A DNA stretch of 64,000 nucleotides. Origin: a virus. Of this stretch, positions 26,960 through 37,609 are shown piece after piece. Position 1 is the first letter of the stretch. Each line of letters begins with the position of its first letter. Position numbers and translations under genes: made by a program. The notes under the pieces are model-generated. The model searched no databases and was not told where the DNA came from. It was given only the letters and a program-made list of their open reading frames with translations. The DNA lies in IMG/VR virus record IMGVR_UViG_3300020165_000009. One strand, given 5' to 3'.

Positions 26960-29312
26960 AAGTCAGGTCTTGTGCAGGATCGGATGTTATACTCCGAGCG
27001 TTAAAGTTATTTATAAACGTATTAGGAGAATAAAAGTTTATAGTTTCAGTAAGGTTGTCTGGAGCTATTATATAGTTATCAGCAACCGTAAATATATCAC
27101 CGTTAAGCTCAAACACAAGTACATGTATAAAGCAAGCGTGATTTAAATCTCTAAAGTTCGTGACCGCAATAAACTTGCCTTGCTTACTATTATACGCTAG
27201 CGCAATGTTTGTTATCTCGATAATATTAGTATCTAAGTTGAAAGTAAAATTGTCAGCGAAATAACTCTGATTTTGCGAGGTATTAGTTACAAGATTTACC
27301 TCTCTTTTAGTATCTTTATCGTACTTAAACATCTCGAACTGGAAGAACTTAAGGTTCGTTGGAGATGTCGTGGAGGGATCACTAGTAAGTTTAATATAGA
27401 AGATATCACGGCCGCGTCTAACAGGGTTACTGATATTACTAATAGTAGTGGTAGCTTGGTCGATTATTATCTCCTTATTATACTTCCTAACCGTTGAAGA
27501 GAATTGCGCCGGGGTAAATTTACCGTCTATATAGTCAATGCTATCAATGACGAGGTAACTCTCCGTCTTAAAGAAGAATATAGTTTCAAAAATATCTAGA
27601 TCTTGGTAATTACCACTTTGCAATTGCTCTCGTAAAACGGGATCATAAGTAAAGCGACTAAAAACGGTGCCGAATTCATCTGCTATAGGCCTTACTGTAC
27701 TATTAACGACGTTAGCAACCTCGATAAGCTTACCTTTATGTCTAATACCAGCTATTGTTTCTTTACGGTTATCAGTGGGTACAGTTTCAAATACAGTTGA
27801 ATATCTTTCTTGAACCGGTTCGGTTCCTTCAAAATTATCAAGATTTCTATTACTCGCATCCGTGACATTGGTAATATAAAATAGGTTACCGTAAATATCA
27901 CCTACCTCTTTATATATTTGACTCGGGACTGTAAGTTTCTCGATACCAACTAATGGAGTGATATTATTAGGATCAAACAATCTCTGCTCAGTCGTATTAT
28001 ATGAATGGAATGTTTGATCCTTACTATCTACTTCCGGCAGAAATCTACCAAATGATGATGATACATTTTTAAACCGGTTAAATGTACTATTAAATATGAG
28101 TGGATTAGGTCGCATACAACCCCCGACGCCCTCTACTGAACCATATCTAGATGGATTTGGTATGACGTATATATTATTACGTTCAAAATCATCAGTTACA
28201 ATATAGCTACTAAAGTCACACTCCATTTTAAGAGCACCTCTTACCGATGGCTTGAAGAATAGACCGACACTTCTTTCACTCTTAAACGAATTACCAGTAA
28301 CTGCCAGTGTAGAAGGGTGATTGACGTTTAATAAGTTTCTATGCGGGTATCTGGCTGTGAATAGTTTATCGTATACATAATCCGTGTTATCTCCAGTAGA
28401 GATATAATACATATCAGTACCTTGGCAGTTAACAGGAATCTCTTTTGTGAGATTAAAGTTTAAATCTACTCTATCACCAGTATTTTGGTAATTAACAAAT
28501 TGATTACTCGGTAATAATGATAGATCTGGTTGATTATATGTAACTAATAAGCCTGGAATCTCCTCTAAACCAACGCCATTAGTGTTTATAATGTCAATAA
28601 TAGCCTGATCATCGTTTATATAGAAAGAACTGCTTATCGTATTTGTATTAGACGTGAAATAGTCAGATCTATCGCCCGATACCGAATCATAGAAAGTCGA
28701 GGGCTTAGTAGGGTCCAGGTCAAAGTAATCGTTGAATGTATCATAGACTCTCTCGAAGCTGATATCGATACTATTAACGACCTCCTCAGGTGTCCTGCCG
28801 TTAGGGTTTATACCCGGTGCAACATCATCACCGTAAAATATATCAAGTATTTGATCCTTAATAAATGTTTCCGCCCCACCATCTGTGCCCTTTTTCTTAA
28901 TATACTCCAAGTTACTGGTTATACTATTACGTTTCTTTTTGAAATATATGGCTATTTCTTTAATCTTCGATGTGAAGAAGGGGAGTGCAATTGTTAATTG
29001 CTCGTTATTGTTTAAATCTATATTATCAAAATAACGCCTCTCCTCGTTAGTGAAAAAGAGCATATTGATCTCCGATAAGAAATTAATAAACTGCGTTCTA
29101 ACATCGATGTTAATAGAGGTTAACGAGGTATTTGTATACACCTCCCAGGATTGTAGATAACTCTGATAACTCGAGAGCTCATTCTCCTTATCATTGATAT
29201 CAGCATACTTTAAAAAGTCAAGAAAAGAAAAAGGTTTATTTAAATCTCTCTTTGCATCATCTAAAGTATTTGTTACACTGAAGTATACAGGGGTGTCGCT
29301 TAAGGCAGGCAT
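26940..29312 (-). CDS. Virion structural/baseplate protein
   Basis: 790 aa, late promoter, baseplate cluster. Confidence 0.5.
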   Translation of the reverse strand: MPALSDTPVYFSVTNTLDDAKRDLNKPFSFLDFLKYADINDKENELSSYQSYLQSWEVYTNTSLTSINIDVRTQFINFLSEINMLFFTNEERRYFDNIDLNNNEQLTIALPFFTSKIKEIAIYFKKKRNSITSNLEYIKKKGTDGGAETFIKDQILDIFYGDDVAPGINPNGRTPEEVVNSIDISFERVYDTFNDYFDLDPTKPSTFYDSVSGDRSDYFTSNTNTISSSFYINDDQAIIDIINTNGVGLEEIPGLLVTYNQPDLSLLPSNQFVNYQNTGDRVDLNFNLTKEIPVNCQGTDMYYISTGDNTDYVYDKLFTARYPHRNLLNVNHPSTLAVTGNSFKSERSVGLFFKPSVRGALKMECDFSSYIVTDDFERNNIYVIPNPSRYGSVEGVGGCMRPNPLIFNSTFNRFKNVSSSFGRFLPEVDSKDQTFHSYNTTEQRLFDPNNITPLVGIEKLTVPSQIYKEVGDIYGNLFYITNVTDASNRNLDNFEGTEPVQERYSTVFETVPTDNRKETIAGIRHKGKLIEVANVVNSTVRPIADEFGTVFSRFTYDPVLREQLQSGNYQDLDIFETIFFFKTESYLVIDSIDYIDGKFTPAQFSSTVRKYNKEIIIDQATTTISNISNPVRRGRDIFYIKLTSDPSTTSPTNLKFFQFEMFKYDKDTKREVNLVTNTSQNQSYFADNFTFNLDTNIIEITNIALAYNSKQGKFIAVTNFRDLNHACFIHVLVFELNGDIFTVADNYIIAPDNLTETINFYSPNTFINNFNARSITSDPAQDLTYGTLRF

Positions 29313-29332
29313 ATAAAATATTTATTCTTGAA

Positions 29333-30826
29333 TTACGATCCTGATATAAGACCTAGGTTAGTATATAGATTATGTGAAATGACCTTTTCCGCTATGCCCC
29401 ATTTATCAATATACTGGTCATATGAAGTTAAGCTAGTCAGATATGTATTATTTACATTATCAAAATCGATAAACTTCTGTAGATAAGAGCCCTCTATTGT
29501 ATCTATAAAGTCATAGAATACGTAGTACTTATTAATATCAGCACTCGTAATACTCGTAGGCATTATTAAGCCCCATCCCCAAGACGGGTTATATGCTGAA
29601 AGTGGGTACATATTATCGCTAGTATAGCCGATATCGGTAGCACTTAGAATATTAGTATTGAGCAATTTATACTGCTCACTAAATTTTTCATACGCCAATA
29701 TATTCTTTGAACCTACACCGGTCTCGAGTAAAGTAGTCTCTATTGGTAAGATGTCTCCTCGATTCTTACCATAAAATTCTTTACTAATATAACCTTTTGA
29801 ATCATAGTTGCCTTGGAATTGATTCTTACTACCCATCTGCCGACTTACACTAACAGATAGTATATCAATTAGCCGCGATAAGCTAGGTGGAAATTGCTGG
29901 TTATACTCATCCATAGTCATTGATAGCTGACGAATGAGAGAGTTCAGCGAATCTACGTTTGCATAATCCGGATCATTAATGTTAGCGACGTAATTACTAA
30001 CTTTCTCGTGAAGTTTAATCCCTAGTGTCTCGGGGTAGTTATTATTATCGCCGACGATTTGACCCAGTAGTTGTTCCATAAAGATCGGCTCGCGTTGCAG
30101 TACGGGTTGAGTAGCTAGGTCCTTATAATTCTGTGCCTGATTATTATCTTCTCCAATCTTCCTGATATCGTATATCGGCTCCGCCGGATATACATCAAAT
30201 GGTGTAGATACACCTGAAACTGTCACACCACCACTGGTGTAATTCACCTGAAGTCTCAGATCTGTATCGGCGACAGATGTCTGTATAATACCCTTGAGGT
30301 AACCACCACCAGGACTAGCGGTAAGATCTCCGTAATTAGTACGGTATGTTGATTCCCCATCTAAGACAACCGTACCGTCACTTCTTACTAAGAATACATC
30401 TAGACCGCCCTCCTCAACTATTATAAAATCCTCTATAGTATTTTGAACTTGTACTAGCTCATCCACCGGGCCTGGTGTCTGAGTCTTTAGTAGCTCGACT
30501 GAGCTTTCCAACACAGGGTACCTCTTTAAAGGCGTACCGCTAAGATCAACCATTTTAGCAGTAAAATATATATCTTGATTAACAAAATTAATTTTAGGTA
30601 TATTAAATGATGATATGGAGGTTATGAAACCCGTAATGCCGTTAGTAGTGATACTTAAAGTCTTATCTTCTAATGTTTCAGGTCTTGCTGATATAGAATA
30701 GGAAATGGTAGCAGGCCCAGCATTAATTGCTGGTAAATCTGGGTCAGCACCTATACCGACACTTTCAGGGTCTAGAAAAACACGCGGCTCAAAAGCAGCA
30801 AATAGTATAACATTATGTTCACCCAT
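29333..30826 (-). CDS. Virion structural/baseplate protein
   Basis: Late promoter, baseplate cluster. Confidence 0.5.
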   Translation of the reverse strand: MGEHNVILFAAFEPRVFLDPESVGIGADPDLPAINAGPATISYSISARPETLEDKTLSITTNGITGFITSISSFNIPKINFVNQDIYFTAKMVDLSGTPLKRYPVLESSVELLKTQTPGPVDELVQVQNTIEDFIIVEEGGLDVFLVRSDGTVVLDGESTYRTNYGDLTASPGGGYLKGIIQTSVADTDLRLQVNYTSGGVTVSGVSTPFDVYPAEPIYDIRKIGEDNNQAQNYKDLATQPVLQREPIFMEQLLGQIVGDNNNYPETLGIKLHEKVSNYVANINDPDYANVDSLNSLIRQLSMTMDEYNQQFPPSLSRLIDILSVSVSRQMGSKNQFQGNYDSKGYISKEFYGKNRGDILPIETTLLETGVGSKNILAYEKFSEQYKLLNTNILSATDIGYTSDNMYPLSAYNPSWGWGLIMPTSITSADINKYYVFYDFIDTIEGSYLQKFIDFDNVNNTYLTSLTSYDQYIDKWGIAEKVISHNLYTNLGLISGS

Positions 30827-30846
30827 AAGATTATTTATGTATAATT

Positions 30847-31659
30847 TTAATCTTCGTAGTAATAAAAGGAAGTACTACCTGATGTACCTAAAAATACTGT
30901 ACCTGCTTCTGGTTTATTATATAAAAAGTAAGGTGGGTCGGAGGTAACTGTATTTAGCTTACCATATATAAACTCATTACCAGTCTTTACTGATTCTGTT
31001 ATCAGCACCCCAGCATTATCTTCAATCTGCACAAAACTGTTAAACAGTTTTAAGTGAGCATTTATATCACTGTAATATTCTGCGTTTGTTAAAGTCTTAC
31101 TTCTATTACCCGATACACTCAAATTAATAGTATACCCATCATCGGCAGAGACAGATGGCCAGCTTTGATATGAATTAAACCTAGTCAGTATAATTGGATT
31201 TTCAAGAGTCGAGTTCAATGCGCTACTGCCTTCTTGATATGTTAGAAATAATCTATCAGGTATAACGTTACTTATGTTGAAAATAGGTCGCGTCTCAACG
31301 CTATAGAAGTTCGATGCACTATCTACTGCTACTAATGTAACTTTATATTCACCCGGGTATTTATAATAGTGGGATGCAGTGAGGTCTGTTGATATTGTAC
31401 CGTCACCTAAGTCTATAAAATACCGATAACTATCAGCTAGAGTTGAAGCAGATATTCCGTTAAGATCTGTACCGGAAAAATCAGGAAAGATTCTAAACAC
31501 ATACTGCTCATTTGCAAATCCTGGAATAGCGGATAAACCTCCCCATTTACTCTCTCTCGTAGACGGGTCGATGACTCGTACGGGTAGGTTTATAGGTGGT
31601 AGGGTACTATAATCTCTATCAAAATTATAAATCTGAGATTCTGGTGATGTTATAGGCAT
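30847..31659 (-). CDS. PKD-domain baseplate protein
   Basis: IDLGDG...HYYKYPGEYKVTL. Confidence 0.65.
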   Translation of the reverse strand: MPITSPESQIYNFDRDYSTLPPINLPVRVIDPSTRESKWGGLSAIPGFANEQYVFRIFPDFSGTDLNGISASTLADSYRYFIDLGDGTISTDLTASHYYKYPGEYKVTLVAVDSASNFYSVETRPIFNISNVIPDRLFLTYQEGSSALNSTLENPIILTRFNSYQSWPSVSADDGYTINLSVSGNRSKTLTNAEYYSDINAHLKLFNSFVQIEDNAGVLITESVKTGNEFIYGKLNTVTSDPPYFLYNKPEAGTVFLGTSGSTSFYYYED

Positions 31660-31661
31660 AA

Positions 31662-33494
31662 TTAATCAATAATTTCTACGTTAATTCTACTCTTCAAATC
31701 ACTACTATATAAGAACGGAAATTTGAAGTACGGCAATGATACGTTCGATCCTGTGCTTTCAATATCGACATCGGGATACGCAGCGTTGAAGTTATACATG
31801 TTCAAGAACGGCACACTTCTAACTACTTCACCAGTATCAGCATTACGTTTAACAGTTCTTATCCCTGCGACGCCTTCAATCGCTAGAATTTTAGTAGTGA
31901 TAGCTGTAATGTTAATTATACCACCGAGTTCTAGATTTGCCGGGTCGAACGCTTCCTCGAAAACGTTATTAGCTTCTTCTATAATACGTGCCGCACTAAT
32001 TCTATTATTCTGTTTACGTTGTATGACTAGTTCAGTGTACTCAATATCATCAACAGATGGCTTGTCATTAAATGTATCTTGCAACCCAACTGTAACTCCG
32101 ACATATACCGGATCCATTGGTTGTATTTCGGAGTTAATAATCTTCTGTACCCGAGCAGTATTAATAATTTCTGATTTCTGCGCCTGTGTTAAGTAAAATA
32201 AATTATTATCACTATCTGCTATCTTTATCTTCGGTACCATGAAAGCGTATACCTGGTTAGCCTGATTGGTAGTAGCGAATTTTACCTGATTAAACAAGAA
32301 CCTTGAATCTTGGTTAGGTCTATCTAAACCTAGATCATAATAATACTTTATAACATTATCGACGTATGCCTCATTACTCACAAGAGCGGTACTAGTGACG
32401 ATATTACTATAACGCTTTTCAATAAACGCTTGAAAATCATCATTTGTTACAATCCTGTTCTGCGCAAAGAAGGTTCTAGGGGCATTTTCTTTAATTTGAT
32501 CAACTGTTTCAATCTCACCGGGGCTAGTTGAGGCAACAGAATTTGTAAATGCTATTGCTGAAGCAAGATTAGGTGTTAATACCTGCACATTAGTCTCGTA
32601 TATATCGGGCGATATTGCTTCAAATTGTATCGATGTAAATACATTAATATTATTACCGTCTAGCTTACCAGCAGAAACTCTACCAGCGGTACCATCACTC
32701 TTTAAGTAATATATAAAGATCTTATCTGCGGTACCGAGCTGGACACCATTCACACCGTTACCAAATTTTATTTCATAAAACCCATTCTCGTTTAAACGCT
32801 TCTCGAATACATAACTCGTATTAGTAGCATTAAAGAGAGAATCAATCTCATTGAATTCATTGTATTTGTTGGTATTAGCACTCTGAACATATACGTTAAT
32901 GGAGTCAGCCTCGATATCAATCGGCGTCTGGTTAATATTATCTCTAACTAATAACGTTACAGTTTCAAACTCTTCGCCAATAGCCCTAATGACCGGGTGT
33001 TCTACATACTTCCCTTGATACAGCAGGGTATTGTCGGACAGTGTGGATAGGCTCTCATCTGCAATATTAGTCTTACTAAATGTTGCATCACTGATAAATG
33101 AGAAGTCAGTGCCATCGACTGTAAAATACGAGTACCTCTTTATGGTATATATGTTTACCGGTAACCTACTGCTAGCTTCTGCTTCAAAGGACAATACTCC
33201 TGTTTTGTAACCGGTAGGCTTGTACCCTATAAGCTTAGTAATCCTGTTAATATTCTCAAAAACAGTGGCTTCGTTGAATAAAGATTCAGCAGAGGTCTGG
33301 TTAAGATAGAATAGTGAAAGGTGATACGACAGGGCGATGATATCAATAATAGCAGATAGGTTACTACCTTCAAAATCTTGGTCAGTAAAGGTACCACCTT
33401 CTCTTAAACGGTCCTTAATTAAACCCTTTAAAGTTAGAGCATCGAAAGTCGCATACGCGTTCTTCGGTAAAGTAAAGTCAGTATTATCCGCCAT
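31662..33494 (-). CDS. gp6: Baseplate wedge subunit (T4 gp6-like)
   Basis: FTDQDFEGSNLS, YEIKFGNGVNG, QIKENAP..FAQNRIVTNDDF. Confidence 0.9.
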   Translation of the reverse strand: MADNTDFTLPKNAYATFDALTLKGLIKDRLREGGTFTDQDFEGSNLSAIIDIIALSYHLSLFYLNQTSAESLFNEATVFENINRITKLIGYKPTGYKTGVLSFEAEASSRLPVNIYTIKRYSYFTVDGTDFSFISDATFSKTNIADESLSTLSDNTLLYQGKYVEHPVIRAIGEEFETVTLLVRDNINQTPIDIEADSINVYVQSANTNKYNEFNEIDSLFNATNTSYVFEKRLNENGFYEIKFGNGVNGVQLGTADKIFIYYLKSDGTAGRVSAGKLDGNNINVFTSIQFEAISPDIYETNVQVLTPNLASAIAFTNSVASTSPGEIETVDQIKENAPRTFFAQNRIVTNDDFQAFIEKRYSNIVTSTALVSNEAYVDNVIKYYYDLGLDRPNQDSRFLFNQVKFATTNQANQVYAFMVPKIKIADSDNNLFYLTQAQKSEIINTARVQKIINSEIQPMDPVYVGVTVGLQDTFNDKPSVDDIEYTELVIQRKQNNRISAARIIEEANNVFEEAFDPANLELGGIINITAITTKILAIEGVAGIRTVKRNADTGEVVRSVPFLNMYNFNAAYPDVDIESTGSNVSLPYFKFPFLYSSDLKSRINVEIID

Positions 33495-33522
33495 ATATTT
33501 ATTTATGAATAAAAAACATTAA

Positions 33523-33999
33523 TTAAACGGAAAACCCGGAACGAGACAAATTACCGGTTAGATTAAATTTAGCGCCTTTAAATCTAGGAATACTGTATGT
33601 GAAGTTGCATATGTAACTATGATTCTCAATATCTGGTGTTATTGTCAGGTTAATAATGTTCACCCGTGGCTCATTTGCCGCTACATTATCAATAATACCT
33701 GTACCAATAGCATCAGCTCGTTCTTCTGTTACCGGTAAAAAAAGAAGGTCACCGAAATTGATACCAAATGTGGGGTTGAGTGGCTTCTCGCCAGGTGATG
33801 TTGTTATAAGATTAATAAATGAGTTTTGTATTGCCTCGACATTTACATCATCTAGAATGTCTCTAACTTCTTTAGCTTTATCAAGCGGGTTGTTATTTGT
33901 AAAACCTAAAACTAAATCTAGTCTAAGGTCATTATAAATAACTTTATTCGCTTTCTGTGGTTGAGCTTGTGTTAGTATGTTTAAGTTAATCTCGGCCAT
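33523..33999 (-). CDS. gp25: Baseplate wedge subunit (gp25-like)
   Basis: NLITTSPGEKPLNPTFG...NEPRV. Confidence 0.88.
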   Translation of the reverse strand: MAEINLNILTQAQPQKANKVIYNDLRLDLVLGFTNNNPLDKAKEVRDILDDVNVEAIQNSFINLITTSPGEKPLNPTFGINFGDLLFLPVTEERADAIGTGIIDNVAANEPRVNIINLTITPDIENHSYICNFTYSIPRFKGAKFNLTGNLSRSGFSV

Positions 34000-34052
34000 T
34001 GTATATATTATTTAAGCTATGGAATTATTAACTCGAAACCATAAATAATAAT

Positions 34053-34643
34053 ATGGCGAACAAATTTCTAAATCTTATCGAAGCAACTATAGAGAGAATG
34101 ACTAACGGTGGTATCCTGACTGGTGATAGAGTTCAGTTAGTAGACGGTTACAAGTCTCATGAAGGCTTTGCAAAATTACCCAAAGCAGTCCAGGACCATA
34201 TTGAAAAGATGTTCAAGGATACAGACCTTAATAAAAAGGTAATTAATATTAAAACCAAGTACCCTAGCTCCGCGCCAGGTAATGAGGACAACAGAGGAGA
34301 TTCTTTCATCGCTACAGTAGCTATTGAGCTTACTAACGGCCTATACGATAATCAGAATTCAGTAACTGTTCCCATGGGTATACTAGTTGCTGACGATGGT
34401 GGTCATGGAGCTGATTTTGGAAGTGCTCCAGTACCTGACTCAGTTAAGTACGATAACAAGGTTCAAATTGATCCTGTCGAAGCTGAGGAAAATGAAGAGC
34501 AGCAGCAAACGATGACCCAGCAGGGCGATAGTCTTAAAAAATCTGAGCGTTCGCTAGCTAAGAAGAACACTAAGATACCCTCAAAGCCAGCTACACCGTC
34601 TCCGGCGGTTAATGAGAACTATACTGCACAGTATATGTCCTAA
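34053..34643 (+). CDS. Late hypothetical protein (possible internal head protein)
   Basis: TAAATA-N5-ATG; MANKFLNLIE leader. Confidence 0.55.
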   Translation: MANKFLNLIEATIERMTNGGILTGDRVQLVDGYKSHEGFAKLPKAVQDHIEKMFKDTDLNKKVINIKTKYPSSAPGNEDNRGDSFIATVAIELTNGLYDNQNSVTVPMGILVADDGGHGADFGSAPVPDSVKYDNKVQIDPVEAEENEEQQQTMTQQGDSLKKSERSLAKKNTKIPSKPATPSPAVNENYTAQYMS

Positions 34644-35554
34644 ATCTTGCTTAATGCTACCCAGCAGGCAAATGCGTTAATTTCTTTGTCTAGTACAAAG
34701 ACATCTTTATACATATAATCACTAAGCACGAGAATATATTCTCGCTTCTTATCGTCATGGAGAGTACTTGAATATACAAAGTTCAAGTACTGCTTCATGA
34801 GATTATGATAGTCACCTTGAAACTCATTTTCATTCTCGATCAGATACTTGCGTAGTCCCATCACGTCACTACCTTGTACGTCAGTATGTATCCTATCGAC
34901 AAGCTCTTTACTATCTAGAGCGATATCGATATTAAAATCACCATTGATACACGCTTTCTGCACCGCGTTAATAATCTTACGAATATCAGGATAGTTCTGT
35001 TTAATTACATTTACAAAGTTAGTCTTCTGGTCATCATCGATCTTAATGTCTTCAGACTTTATAACGCTAACAATACGTTTCAACACATCATCAAACGGTG
35101 GATTAAGGTCGAAGGATTGAGCACGGCTCTGAATAGCCGGTATGATCTTATGCTTATAATTTGCAGTTAGAATAAAGCGAGTCTGCCCGCTATACTCTTC
35201 CATAGTATTACGTAGAGCACGTTGACCGTCGATAGTTATACCGTCAGCCTCATCAAGTATAACTACCTTAATACCACCAGTAAGCGACTTGGTCTGACTA
35301 AAGCCAACAACCTTTGAGCGAATAGTATCGATACCATTCTCGTCTGATGCGTTAATATACAGATACTGACACTTTAAGATATCCTCAATGAGAATTCTAG
35401 CTAATGTAGTTTTACCGAGACCTGGTGTACCTACAAAGAGTAGATTGGGTATCTCGTCTTCAATAGATTCGAAATACTTTCTATTAGTATCCGATAAAAC
35501 TAAATCAGCTAGCGTCCGTGGCCTATACTTTTCGACCCAAAGGTTGTTAAACAT
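34640..35554 (-). CDS. gp44: Clamp loader AAA+ subunit (gp44/RFC-small-like)
   Basis: WVEKYRP, GTPGLGKTT, INASDENGID, LDEAD. Confidence 0.92.
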   Translation of the reverse strand: MFNNLWVEKYRPRTLADLVLSDTNRKYFESIEDEIPNLLFVGTPGLGKTTLARILIEDILKCQYLYINASDENGIDTIRSKVVGFSQTKSLTGGIKVVILDEADGITIDGQRALRNTMEEYSGQTRFILTANYKHKIIPAIQSRAQSFDLNPPFDDVLKRIVSVIKSEDIKIDDDQKTNFVNVIKQNYPDIRKIINAVQKACINGDFNIDIALDSKELVDRIHTDVQGSDVMGLRKYLIENENEFQGDYHNLMKQYLNFVYSSTLHDDKKREYILVLSDYMYKDVFVLDKEINAFACWVALSKI

Positions 35555-35664
35555 TACTTTCTTTTCTTTTTCGGTGGTTTAGTAACAGTTACGGTTACTG
35601 TTTTACGTATCTTAGCGTTACCTACTTTCTTTTCTGTTATTTTCTGTCTAGTTGTCTTTCCCAT
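35554..35664 (-). CDS. Unannotated 36-aa basic peptide MGKTTRQKITEKKVGNAKIRKTVTVTVTKPPKKKRK
   Basis: Translated by hand; TAATG stop/start overlap with gp44; behind promoter 35690-35705. Confidence 0.55.
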   Translation of the reverse strand: MGKTTRQKITEKKVGNAKIRKTVTVTVTKPPKKKRK

Positions 35665-35689
35665 ATCTTTTTACTTTTAATGTTAATAT

Positions 35690-35705
35690 ATTATAATGGT
35701 GTTCC
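35690..35705 (-). promoter_or_regulatory. GGAAC-N5-TATAAT promoter
   Basis: GGAACACCATTATAAT. Confidence 0.7.
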
Positions 35706-35726
35706 TTTATTCTCAACTGCTTTATA

Positions 35727-36209
35727 TTACTTGCCTGTTGAACCGAATCCACCTTCACCTCTTTCAGCTACTTCAACCTCATCTGCCCACTCAATCGTGG
35801 TCGTCCAATTCTTTTCTACCTTAATTTGAGCTACCTTATCTCCTACTTTATAGTGGTAATCTTTATTAGAAAAATTATACATCTTCACTGCACAATCACC
35901 TCGATATCCGGTGTCGATCTCACCAAGATGCGGCTGTAGACCAGCTTTAAAACCTAAACCAGACTTAGGTTTAATTACAAACCCGAAACCGGGGGTAATA
36001 TAACCGACCTTAATACCAACAGGCACTACAGCACTACCAACAGACACCTTATGATCATAATGTGACCGAGCACCGGGGATGGTCGTATCTTCAACTGCGA
36101 ACAAATCATAACAGTTATCGTCATTATGAGCCTTTTCAGGTAGTTTAGCGGCGTCATGGGTCTTAACAAATTTAATCTCCGCGTCAATTTTTACATCAGT
36201 ACTATTCAT
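35727..36209 (-). CDS. dut: Trimeric dUTPase
   Basis: YDL, KSGL, GEIDTGYRG, GDKVAQ, RGEGGFGSTG. Confidence 0.93.
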   Translation of the reverse strand: MNSTDVKIDAEIKFVKTHDAAKLPEKAHNDDNCYDLFAVEDTTIPGARSHYDHKVSVGSAVVPVGIKVGYITPGFGFVIKPKSGLGFKAGLQPHLGEIDTGYRGDCAVKMYNFSNKDYHYKVGDKVAQIKVEKNWTTTIEWADEVEVAERGEGGFGSTGK

Positions 36210-36266
36210 ATGTATCTATTGTAACGGCTAATCTTGAATATTCAAGTGGTTATATTAAATATTTTT

Positions 36267-36743
36267 ATGTCGAAAGAGGAAACCAATCCAGATGTTAATG
36301 ATTTACTAGATGCGCTTAAAGTGAAAGGCGATATCAAGGTTAAGGCTACCTCAAACCAGAATGAAGAATTTACACTCGATAAGGATGATATCGAAGCTTT
36401 TATCTTGAATAATACCGGAAAGCTAATTAAAGATAGTATGTCATATATCGACGATATAGGTGCATATGTTTCTGCGGCTCCAGATAGTAGGGATGTTGAG
36501 GCGTTAGCTAAATTAATATCGTCATCAGCTACTGCACTAGACAGTTTGCAGAAGATACACATCGCAAATGAAAAAAATAAAAACTCTATCTTTATAAAGA
36601 CATTAGATATTGAGAGTAGGAAAGTACTGCAGCAGAGCGACCAAGATCATAAATTACTTCTCAATAGAGAAGAGCTAATGTCTAAATTAATTATAGATGC
36701 AGAAATTGTAGATGATGGAGAGGCTATATCGACGCAGGCTTAA
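36267..36743 (+). CDS. Putative terminase small subunit (gp16-like)
   Basis: APDSRDVEALAKLI resembles the gp16 PRAxEV helix region; TAAATA-N5-ATG at 36267. Confidence 0.5.
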   Translation: MSKEETNPDVNDLLDALKVKGDIKVKATSNQNEEFTLDKDDIEAFILNNTGKLIKDSMSYIDDIGAYVSAAPDSRDVEALAKLISSSATALDSLQKIHIANEKNKNSIFIKTLDIESRKVLQQSDQDHKLLLNREELMSKLIIDAEIVDDGEAISTQA

Positions 36744-37609
36744 GCGCCTGTGGCCGCATACCTATCATCTAGATCAGCTTCAATACCACTATTACCAGCA
36801 TCTATTTTATTCTTTAGCATATCTAGTGTAGTAGCTACTCCCTCGATCGTTGTATTATAGGCCAAATCAATACTGGTTCTATTAAGATCTCTATCCTGCC
36901 AGTTAACTTCTTTAAAGAAGTTAATAAAGTCTGCCATATTTTTAAGCAGAGTTTTAATCTTGGCGTTTACCGGGTCCTTCAGTAAAAATAACCGATCTAT
37001 ATATAGATTATCATTAACTAGATTATCACCGTGCGCAGTTTTAGCAATATTTACATCCGTAGTTGCTTGTAGGCCTGCAAGGCTCGTCTTCATTAAAGCG
37101 TCGGTGTAGACGGCGAGTTTTATATTGTTATCTAACTGCGTCTGTGATACTTTGTTGTACAGAGACGCAGGGAGAGCGTTGGGGTAGTTAAAAGACGTAT
37201 CGTAGGTATCAAAGAAGGGGGACGTGCTATTATCAATAACACTAGTCTGATTAACGATGTTACCTATATCGTCACTGAAAGCAATTAAGTATACATTACC
37301 GGCGCCTAAACTATCAGTAATAAAATCTTTAACAGATGTCAAGAGACTTTGATATTTTTCAATGAAGTATAATTGAAATTGCTCATTATAGCTATCGAGT
37401 TTTGAATTATTCAACTCTATATATACATTACTAATACTCTGTGCAATACCATCACTGCTCTTAGCCTTCTCTAGGTCTATACAAGTACCCAACTCATCTA
37501 AAAATTCTTGAAAGCTCTCGAATAGAGAGTTATTTGCTTGGTAAAAATCGGTACTAGTTTGCTGTACCATACCTACATACTCTGGTGTTAAAGAAACTTG
37601 ATTACTCAT
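36740..37609 (-). CDS. Hypothetical, baseplate hub operon
   Basis: Coupled to upstream hub gene. Confidence 0.5.
   Translation of the reverse strand: MSNQVSLTPEYVGMVQQTSTDFYQANNSLFESFQEFLDELGTCIDLEKAKSSDGIAQSISNVYIELNNSKLDSYNEQFQLYFIEKYQSLLTSVKDFITDSLGAGNVYLIAFSDDIGNIVNQTSVIDNSTSPFFDTYDTSFNYPNALPASLYNKVSQTQLDNNIKLAVYTDALMKTSLAGLQATTDVNIAKTAHGDNLVNDNLYIDRLFLLKDPVNAKIKTLLKNMADFINFFKEVNWQDRDLNRTSIDLAYNTTIEGVATTLDMLKNKIDAGNSGIEADLDDRYAATGA

Noticed and set aside
35554-35580. Eukaryotic nuclear localisation signal implying a eukaryotic virus
   Set aside because: Gene content is that of a tailed bacteriophage; a short basic match is expected by chance
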